Source: Reclinomonas americana ATCC 50394 (lineage: Eukaryota). Taken from it: a stretch of 51,222 bases of DNA. Made by a program: the position numbers and the translations under genes. The notes under the pieces were generated by a model that saw only the letters and a list, made by a program, of their open reading frames with translations, was not told where the DNA came from and did not search any database. The stretch lies in contig PS015179.1 in assembly GCA_048213135.1 (NCBI GenBank), positions 68,922 to 120,143 on the forward strand, written 5' to 3'. This document shows, piece by piece, positions 40,323 to 51,222 of the stretch. The first letter of the stretch is position 1. Every line of letters begins with the position of its first letter.

Positions 40323-40459
40323 GGGGAAGTGTATGAGTGCGAGAAATGGTGGCGGAGAGCCACGTGCATCACACAACAGGGGGAGTGGAAAGGCAAACAG
40401 AAGGGAAGTGTATGAGTGCGAGAAATAGTAGCGGAGACACGTGCATCGCACAACAGGGA
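40323..40459. repeat. Imperfect ~57-bp direct repeat, two copies
   Basis: GGGAAGTGTATGAGTGCGAGAAAT(G/A)GT(G/A)GCGGAGA..CACGTGCATC(A/G)CACAACAGGG at ~40324 and ~40402. Confidence 0.8.
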
Positions 40460-40566
40460 AGCGTAAAATCGACAGTTTTCAAACAAGAACAAACAGACAC
40501 AACAACTCAGACCTCTCTCGAAAAGAAAGTGTGAAATGTTAAGCAGCAGAAGACCAAGGATTGGTC

Positions 40567-42097
<1,531 letters not shown>

Positions 42098-42476
42098 GAT
42101 TCGCCTTGTGCGCGCGCTCACTCACGCGCAGACGGAAAAATTGTGCTTTGCCGTATCTTAGTTTCGTCTTGATTGGGAGAGTGTACACTCGAGGTGAATT
42201 GCCAGCGAGTTGCTGGGAGTGAGTAAGAGACTGATTGTGTGATTGTGTGTGTGTGTGTGTGTAGGCGTGAGGGAGGAGAGCAGCGTACTCGCATGATTTT
42301 GACGGGGAAGGCGTGCGCAAGATATCGAACAAGTAATATTTGCGACAAAACGCCAGCAACAGCGTAGCTGGAGAAGATCCATTGTGTTATTGCGCATTGC
42401 GCTCACGAGAGTTATTGAGCATCAGCGGTAGATGCTCATTGCTGTGTATGGCTCATTGCCGACGTTGAACAGGATT

Positions 42477-45400
42477 TTACTTTCTTCGTGGACTGCGTGA
42501 ACCCTTCGGCTGCTGGTGCTGCTGCTGTTGGCGTACAAACTTGATTTGCCAGGCAATCGTTTCCGACACAAGTGGGTGATCGTCTCCCAAAGCGCCCCTG
42601 ATGAGTGGCAGTAGGCTTGAGAGTTCTGATACAGTGTCACTCGGGTCAGCACTCATCGCCACCAGCTGCACTCGAGACCTGAGAGTGTCGACATGCTGCG
42701 GACCGAGAATTTTCGTCCGCAAGGGAATGACTCGCTTCAGGAGACGTTTTGCGTCCTTGAGTCGCCGCGTTGCAAAGAGGCATTGGGCCAGGTTGTTCAT
42801 CGAGTTGAGCGTGGATGGATGTCGTTCACCATACACCTCTGTCTGCGCCTCCACCACACGGCGATGCAGTCGTACAGCCTCCACGTGATCACCTCGCGAC
42901 TTCAAGCACATGGCAAGGCTGTTCATCGAGTCGAGCGTGGATGGATGTCGTTCACCCAACACCTCCGTCTGCATCTCCACCACACGGCGATGCAGTTGCT
43001 CAGCCTCCACGTGATCGCCACGCGACTCCAAGCACGAGGCCAGGTTGTGCATCGAAGAAAGCGTTGATGGATGCCGTTCACCCAACACCTCTGTCTGCAC
43101 CTCCAGCACACGGCGGTGTAGTCGCTCAGCCTCCACGTGATCACCGCGCAGCCCCACGCACAAGGCCAGGTTGTTCATCGAGGCGAGCGTGGATGGATGC
43201 AGTTCACCCAACACCTCTGTCTGCACCTCCAGCACACGGCGATGCAGTCGTACAGCCTTCACGTGATCACCACGCGACCCCAGGCACGAGGCCAGGTTAT
43301 TCATCGAGGTGAGCGTGGATGGATGTCGTTCACCCCACAACTCTGTGTGCCCCTCCACCACGCGGCAGAGCAGTCGCTCAGCCTCCACGTGATCACCGCG
43401 CGGCCACACACACAAGGCCAGATTGCTCATCGAGGCGAGCGTGGATGGATGCCGTTCACCCAACACCTCCGTCTGCACCTCCAGCACACGGCGATGCAGT
43501 CGTACAGCCTCCACGTGATCACCACGCGACTCCAGGCAGGAGGCCAGGCTGTTCATGGAGGTGAGCGTGGATGGATGCCGTTCACCCCACAACTCTGTGT
43601 GCCCCTCCACCACACGGCAGAGCAGTCGCTCAGCCTCCACGTGATCACCGCGCGGCCACACGCACAAGGCCAGATTGCTCATCGAGGCGAGCGTTGATGG
43701 ATGCCGTTCACCCAACACCTCCGTCTGCACCTCCAGCACATAACGATGCAGTTGCTCAGCCTCCACGTGATCGCCACGCGACTCCAAGCACGAGGCCAGG
43801 TTGTGCATCGAAGAAAGCGTTGATGGATGCCGTTCACCCAGCAACTCAGTCTGCACCTCCACCACACGGCGATGCAGTCGTACAGCCTCCACGTGATCAC
43901 CACGCGATTGCAAACACGAGGCCAGAATGCTCATCGAGGCGAGCGTTGATGGATGTCGTTCACCCAACACCTCTGTCTGCACCTCCACCACACGGCTATG
44001 TAGTTGCTCAGCCTCTACGTGACCACCACGTGACTCCAAGCACGAGGCCAGGCTGTTCATGGAGGTGAGCGTGGATGGATGCCGTTCACCCAACACCTCT
44101 GTCTGCACTTGTAGCACACGGCGATGCAGTCGTACAGCCTCCACGTGATCACCACGCGACTGCAAACACGAGGCCAGATTGCTCATCGAGGCGAGCGTGG
44201 ATGGATGCCGCTCACCCAACACCACTGTCTGCACTTCTAGCACACGGCGATGCAGTCGTACAGCCTCCACGTGATCACCACGCGACTGCAAGCACGAGGC
44301 TACATTGTTCATCGAGGTGAGCGTGGATGGATGCCGATCACCTGACACCTCCGTTCTCACTTGCATCACACGGCGATGCAGTCGCTCGGCTTCCACGTGA
44401 TCACCACGCGACTGCAAACACGAGGCCAGGTTGTTCATGGAGGTGAGCGTGGATGGATGCCGTTCACCCAACACTTCTGTCAGTACATCCACCACACAGC
44501 GATGCAGTCGTACAGCCTCCACGTGATCACCACGCGACTGCAAACACGAGGCCAGATTGCTCATCGAGGCGAGCGTGGATGGATGCCGATCACCCAACAC
44601 CTCTGTCTGCACTTCTAGCACACGGCGATGCAGTCGTACAGCCTCCACGTGATCACCACGCGACTCCAGGCAGGAGGCCACGTTGTTCATGGAGGTGAGC
44701 GTGGACGGATGACGTTCACCCAACACTTCTTTCTCCGCCTCCAGTACACGGCGAAGCAGTCGCTCAGCCTCCACGTGATCACCAAGCGACTGCAAACACG
44801 AGGCCAGGTTGTTCATGGAGGTGAGCGTGGATGGATGCCGTTCACCCAACACTTCTGTCAGTACATCCACCACACAGCGATGCAGTCGTACAGCCCCCAC
44901 GTGATCACCACGCGACTCCAGGCACGAGGCCAGGTTGTTCATCGAGGCGAGCGTGGATGGATGCCGTTCACCCAACACTTCTGTCAGCACATCCAGCACA
45001 CGTCGAAGCAGTCGCTCAGCCTCCACGTGATCTCCACGCGACTTCAAGCACGAGGCCAGGTTGTTCATCGAGGCAAGCGTAGATGGATGCCGGTCACCCA
45101 ACACTTCCGTCCTCACTTGCATCACACAGAGATACAGCCGCTCAGCCTCCACGTGATCACCACGCGACTCCAGGCACGAGGCCAGGTTGTTCATGGAGGT
45201 GAGCGTGGACGGATGCCGATCGCCAAGCACGGCTGTCTGCACCTTCAGTACACGGTGAAACAAACTCTCAGCCTCCACAACACGCCCACACTCATCAAGG
45301 CAGTGGGCTTGGAGTAGCTCCATTTTAATACTGTTTTCATCGACAGTCCCGACAAGACTCCTGAGAATGCCAGCAGCATCTGCGTACCGCCGCGAGGCGT

Positions 45401-48400
45401 GCAAAAGATACGCCGCGCACGTGACACGTCGAGCGACAGCATCGTCGTGATCAACAGGAATCGACAATGAATCCAGTGCTGCGATCGCTTCCGCTGCGTA
45501 CGACGCAGGAAACTCGACAGTGGACAGTCGGCCGTGCACCACGTGACATAAACCTTCCAAGCTGTGTGTGAACAACTGAAGCCAGGTATTGTCAACAGTG
45601 CTAGTCCCATGCCACGGAAGTGAAAGTACATGATGCGCGAGTTCAGCCCACAATAATTGCATCATCGGTGATATTGAAGTCAACACCTCGGTGCTGAAAT
45701 CGGCGTCGTGATCGACATCGGAGGTGCAGCCAAGCGCACCATACGCGATACTCGTCAAGCCTCGTCGACACACTGACAGCCCATTAACATCTCCGTCACA
45801 CACTCGACCCTGACAAAGCCACTCGACCACAAGATCGTGCACGCGGTAGTGGCACACATCGCGAACACCAGCTGCATCCCGTTGACACAACAGTTGCAAC
45901 AACTCGTTGCCCGAGCAGTGCGCAGTCATACTGACAATGCCTGACTTGCATAGTGCATCAAGGTCATCGCGAACACCGTCACGTGGAGCGCCCACAGAGA
46001 TCAGCACCTCCAGCTCGCGCCGCAGTTCCAAAATCGCCTCCGCACAGAGTGGGGGAAAGTGATATGGCGCGTCCCGCAACTCTCGATTCTTGATAACAGC
46101 TTGCTGCAACCGTTCGACAAGCCGCGCAAGGGCTGCTTCGCAATCGGCATTCGTAAGCGGCGCACCACCGCAGTCCGGCACTTCGTACACCGACAGCAGC
46201 GTGGCGACCAGTGTTGTCGTTGGCGGTATGCGCATCTCCTGCAGCGCGGCCACCAGCAGCAAAACTTGACGCATCCGGGTCGAACATGCACCAAAGTTGG
46301 ACTGCATCAGACCGGCAAGCGCCACACGATTCTTCTCGTCCAGCAGCCGGACGAGTTCATCGCCCATTAGCAACTCCACGTTGCATCGGATCAATTCGCT
46401 GTACAATTGACATTCAGCGAATGCACTTCGATAATGACTACATACAGCATTCGCAAAGACCGCACCTCAAACACAGTGATGCTCGAAACGCCTGTGGCTT
46501 CAATGACAGCATGTCCGCAACCCTCACGCGCACCTCTGAAGGCGCATGCGAGAGGCGACTGTCAACCAGTTCGACAATATCTGCAGCGTCCACATCGCCC
46601 ACTTCCTCACACAACACACATGCAGACGAGAATGCATGTCGCACGTCATCCGCTACCACCGCGAACCGCGAAGTGATGATAACGAACGGGGCAACAATAG
46701 ATTGATCTGCGAGAGGAAAGCGTATTAATATTGGGAAAAGCAATACCCTCAATGCGGCAAGACTCGACACGTGATACACACCTCGCCGCCTTCCTCGTAC
46801 ATGAGGAGCCAGGAGAGCTGCACTGACCTGCTCCAACGAACCTACGTTGTCCAGAAGCAAAACACCGCGGCTGTCTCGCATCAGTTCACTCAGCCGAATG
46901 CGCATGTTATCAACATCGGATGCACGTGACCACGCTTCAATATCAGAGCGCAGCTGTGCCGCGTCAGCAGGGAAATGCGCTTGAAGCTCGTCTGCGAAGT
47001 CGCGCAAGCATCCGGCCAACATCTCACTGGCCTGATATCCAGCAAAACACAGCATGAGTCTCATATGAATAGAAATCTGGTGATCAACAAACCGCACCGG
47101 TGTGTACAACTGGTGGTCTGCAATATGGCCCCGCATGTCTGCGTAGAGTGCTGAGCCACGCCACAAGCCGGCGCTTTCCATCTCACTGATAATCAGCTCG
47201 GCGAGCATGGTCTTGCCGCTGCCGGCCTCTCCTGTGAGTACCACAATGGCAGGTCGCTCGTCTACAACATACACACACACACACACACACGCACACACAC
47301 ACAGAGGGAGAGAGTGGGAGAGGGAGAGAGGGGGAGAGAAAGAAAGAGAGAGAGACGCACACACATACATCACACTGAGTCAGCAAGCGGAACACTAGAG
47401 CCAGCAAGCAAGCAATAGCAACTCACTGGCTTCAGCGCCCAACATGTGCGCGGCGATGTTGGCGGCCAAGTCACGGCGACGCGGAAACACAAACTGGTTG
47501 ATTGGGCCAACCGTCTTGACTTGAACTTTCGGGCCCAGAGGCGCCGCAGCTGCAGATAAGAAGGCAGCAAGCGCATCAGAAAGCCAGCATTGTTAATGAA
47601 AAACACACCCAATGCACCTCGCCGAATCTCATCTAGTTGCTCCACAAAGCTTTCGGTATCCGCAGCGGGCAAGTCGAGTTGACGGAGCTTCGCCGCAATC
47701 TCGCCTTCGCTGGAACCGTCACCAAGCAAGCGCACAAGATCAGCGCGATCCAACTCTGGCTTCTCGTGGCTAAGAGGATTGCGCAAGTCACTGCGGAGCC
47801 ACCCGACAGCATCGCGCTGCATGAAGAAAAGTGGAGAAAGTGAGTTCACTCTCTCCAGGATCCGCAGTGGGGAAAGCGCAGGAATTTGCAGGGATGATCC
47901 AGCACAGTGCGATGCTCGAGGACGTCTTCATGAGCACACACCTGAATGGGATCGTCAAGCATGCGAACCACTGCGCCCGCCGGTGTCTCGTAGTGTGCAC
48001 CAAGAGCCAATGCCGCCAGCGCAGTCGTGTCCAACTCGTCACACGATGGCTCCGCAGTGCCCGCCATCAAAGTGGCATGCCACGCGTCGAATAGAGGGTG
48101 GTGGTGATTGCCTCGAATCATTACGAAGAACTCGCCACTGACATGGCAACTGCGAACAGAGACCACATCAACGGTGTGTGAGTGAGCGAGTCGGCAGCGC
48201 ACACTGAGAAAGAGTCAGGCACACACTCACCGTTTGTCACGCTTGTTTTCGGCCTTCTTCCACTCCTGCATCAACCACAGACCAGTGTCTCGGTGGCACT
48301 GGAGAACGAATGGCGGAAGCAAGTGCTGCACCAAAGAGCGCAGGGCGGCAGTGGCCACGCGGCGTTGTGCCTTGGTGACGCGCCAAAAGTTGGATCTGCG

Positions 48401-48490
48401 AGAGTGAGAGAGTGAGAGAGAAGTGAGAACAGGCGTGTGCTGGCAGAAGCACAGCGGCACACACAACTCCTTGTCGGTGAGCAGCGGCAT
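42477..48490 (-). CDS. NLR-like STAND protein: N-terminal HEPN-like domain, NB-ARC-like NTPase, kinesin-light-chain-type TPR array (spliced)
   Basis: Start MPLLTDKE|SNFWRVTKAQRRVATAALRSLV; ELDTTALAAL; LRSDLRNPLSH (RNxxxH at 47766-47783); Walker A IVVLTGEAGSGKT (~47207-47245); Walker B GVLLLDNV; VIITSR sensor motif; intron 46465-46399 joins the final 3.9 kb exon carrying 20 HPSTL-type 42-aa repeats; stop TAA at 42477. Confidence 0.85.
42780..45290 (-). repeat. 126-bp coding tandem repeat: 20 near-identical TPR units (two further degenerate units follow)
   Basis: CACGTGATC recurs at a 126-nt period from ~42882 to ~45150 (one variant copy at ~44016); consensus LGERHPSTLxSMxNLASCLxSRGDHVEAxRLHRRVLEVQTEV. 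Confidence 0.97.
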
Positions 48491-49773
48491 GGCAGAAGAA
48501 AGATAAGTTGTGTGTGCGCGCGACTTTGCAATTCAATGCACAAGGGGGACGACGCAGACAAGGACGCGGTTCAAACCCGGCAACCACTGACAACATTTAT
48601 ACCCGACAACGAACACCCTTCGACGTCTGCTGTTCCTGCCCGATGCAGCGCGATGTACCGTTTTATACTCCGACGCCAACACAATCAAGCGTTTGGCACC
48701 GTACGCGTGCGAAGGTCGGAATGAATGAGTGACAGGACAACCACCAAGTCTCAACTCATAACTCCAAGCAACGCTGCTGCTGCTGCTGGCAAGTCTCCGT
48801 CGCTGAGAGAGATAGCACTGCTTGTCCCNNNNNNNNNNNNNNNNNNNNNNNNNNNNNNNNNNNNNNNNNNNNNNNNNNNNNNNNNNNNNNNNNNNNNNNN
48901 NNNNNNNNNNNNNNNNNNNNNNNNNNNNNNNNNNNNNNNNNNNNNNNNNNNNNNNNNNNNNNNNNNNNNNNNNNNNNNNNNNNNNNNNNNNNNNNNNNNN
49001 NNNNNNNNNNNNNNNNNNNNNNNNNNNNNNNNNNNNNNNNNNNNNNNNNNNNNNNNNNNNNNNNNNNNNNNNNNNNNNNNNNNNNNNNNNNNNNNNNNNN
49101 NNNNNNNNNNNNNNNNNNNNNNNNNNNNNNNNNNNNNNNNNNNNNNNNNNNNNNNNNNNNNNNNNNNNNNNNNNNNNNNNNNNNNNNNNNNNNNNNNNNN
49201 NNNNNNNNNNNNNNNNNNNNNNNNNNNNNNNNNNNNNNNNNNNNNNNNNNNNNNNNNNNNNNNNNNNNNNNNNNNNNNNNNNNNNNNNNNNNNNNNNNNN
49301 NNNNNNNNNNNNNNNNNNNNNNNNNNNNNNNNNNNNNNNNNNNNNNNNNNNNNNNNNNNNNNNNNNNNNNNNNNNNNNNNNNNNNNNNNNNNNNNNNNNN
49401 NNNNNNNNNNNNNNNNNNNNNNNNNNNNNNNNNNNNNNNNNNNNNNNNNNNNNNNNNNNNNNNNNNNNNNNNNNNNNNNNNNNNNNNNNNNNNNNNNNNN
49501 NNNNNNNNNNNNNNNNNNNNNNNNNNNNNNNNNNNNNNNNNNNNNNNNNNNNNNNNNNNNNNNNNNNNNNNNNNNNNNNNNNNNNNNNNNNNNNNNNNNN
49601 NNNNNNNNNNNNNNNNNNNNNNNNNNNNNNNNNNNNNNNNNNNNNNNNNNNNNNNNNNNNNNNNNNNNNNNNNNNNNNNNNNNNNNNNNNNNNNNNNNNN
49701 NNNNNNNNNNNNACGCGTACGCAGCGTCCATTTTGTCAGAGACAACTAAACTCTTGTTCGTCACAGGTGAGCC

Positions 49774-51222
49774 ATGGCTGCTGTGGTGGTGAACGCTGAT
49801 GAGATACACGTTGACGCAGCTGTCGAGGGGAGAGCCGACGCGGGTCCTCCGATCTGGGTGCAACGGCGGCATTGGAGGCATCTTGCACGCGCGTCCGCGA
49901 TGGTGGTGAGTGAGAGAGAGAGAGTGAGAGAGAGAGAGAGAGAAGAAAAGGGAAAGAGAATGAGAGAGGGGAGTGCAAGGTGTGGAGGAAGAGGCGAGAC
50001 ACTGTGGTTTAAATCACATTGTTGTCTGACGACGACGTCACTCTTGCACACGCGTACACGGTTTGGCTGTTGCAGTCCATGCTCTCTCAACTGTGGCCTG
50101 TTTTGTCCTCTTAAGCTAGATCTTGCTGTGTGCGCGTGTCGCTGCGCTCATGATCTTGTGCACCAATTCTCTTCGCAGATTATCCTTCGTTGATATCCAG
50201 TCATCTCTTGACCTGGTGTGCCCTCTTGCTGTCCGCGCGTCTCTCGATTCATTTCAGCGCTGTCCATGTGCCTTTTCACTCTCTTTGCAGTTATTTGATA
50301 TGCTTCTCGACCTGGTGTGCCATTTTTCGGTGCAGATCAACCACCCTTGCAATATCACTCTGATTTGCTCTCGCACACTCTGCCTGCGGCCGTCGCAGTC
50401 CATCCTCTCTTCATATCGCTGTGCCCTCTTGTTGTGCATCGACTTACGTGGTCTCTCAGTTCACACCACCCTTGCAGTGTCACTTTCTTTCACTTTCACA
50501 CACTCTGCTGTTGGCTGATGCAGACCATCCTCTCTTCATTCGTGGGCTTGTCTCTCAATCCACACTTCGCTGCCTGTGGCCTCCTCGCTCATGGTCTCTA
50601 CGGTGGTGTTCTGTTCATCTTTCACAGACGTATTGTCGTGTGTGGCCTGGTGGGCCTTCTTGTTGTTGTGGTTTCTCAATCCACACGTTGCCTCTCTGTG
50701 CAGATTGGCGACACATGGTACGTGGTGGAGATTCGGTGGTTTCGCCGATTCAAGGAGTACGCCAAGGTCAACAGCGCGGATGATGACGACAGAACCAACA
50801 GCTGGTTCGTGTTGCGTGTTGCGGAGGTCAGCATGGGCCGAAGTTACAATGTGTACATCCGCAGTGCACCCCGGCCCGATCGCAAACGACAACATCGTTC
50901 GAAGTGTCGAGGCTGATGGGTACGTGGTGCTGAAGCGGCAACTCTTTGATACCCTCGACTACACTCTTGTCAGCGAGCAGCAATGGGCAGCGTTGTGTGG
51001 ATGGTGAGCAGTGCGTCGACTTTTTTTGGTATTGCATGTTGCGATTGGTCTCATGATTGGTTGTGACCGCACAGGTACGGCGGTGGTCCGACTATCGCTC
51101 GTCAGGTGATTCCCAGGGGAATCCGCCGTACACCACAAGTTGAGGTGTACCCAGTGGTGCTCACGGTCACTGTGTCCACGAATTTGGCTGCCGCGGAGGC
51201 CGGAGGTCGCTCCGCACCACTT
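49774..51222 (+). CDS. Probable ubiquitin-specific protease, USP4/11/15-like, N-terminal DUSP domain (spliced, 3'-partial)
   Basis: IGDTWYVVEIRWFRRFKEY (from 50704), HPGPIANDNI, LKRQLFDTLDYTLVSEQQWAALCGW|YGGGPTIARQVI, QVEVYP match the DUSP pattern. Putative first exon 49774-49905 (donor GTGAGT, phase 0). The catalytic domain would lie beyond the window. Confidence 0.8.

Noticed and set aside
42780-45290. CRISPR-like regularly spaced repeat
   Set aside because: The whole 126-bp unit is repeated with no unique spacers, it is in-frame coding, and the context is eukaryotic with no cas genes.
42601-45317. Series of + strand ORFs with their own periodic motifs (MDAVHPT…, MQSYSLHVIT…)
   Set aside because: Antisense shadows of the 126-bp TPR repeat with no independent coding signal.

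Overview
Gene-dense, intron-rich (mostly ~60-80 nt GT-AG introns), GC-rich eukaryotic (protist-like) scaffold with nine N-gaps and many microsatellites; the organism cannot be identified from sequence alone. Reading through the introns by hand gives seven genes: (1) PUS1/TruA pseudouridine synthase (+, 5'-partial); (2) a coiled-coil protein with likely signal peptide and C-terminal TM helix (-); (3) an ~11 kb ADCY10/soluble-adenylyl-cyclase-like gene with degenerate cyclase and P-loop catalytic residues (+); (4) a ~24 kb gene encoding about 40 tandem divergent ubiquitin-like domains joined to a VIT-vWA (VWA5A-type) C-terminus (-); (5) a ~100 aa single-pass membrane protein missed by the ORF track (-); (6) an NLR-like HEPN-STAND NTPase-TPR gene with 20 near-identical 126-bp repeats (-); (7) the 5' part of a DUSP-domain ubiquitin-specific protease (+). 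The three most notable signals are the poly-UBL-VIT-vWA giant, the HEPN-effector NLR-like receptor, and frequent use of a +1-shifted 5' splice site (GTTGCGT) alongside GTGCGT/GTGAGT. All exon models are manual and have no transcript support.
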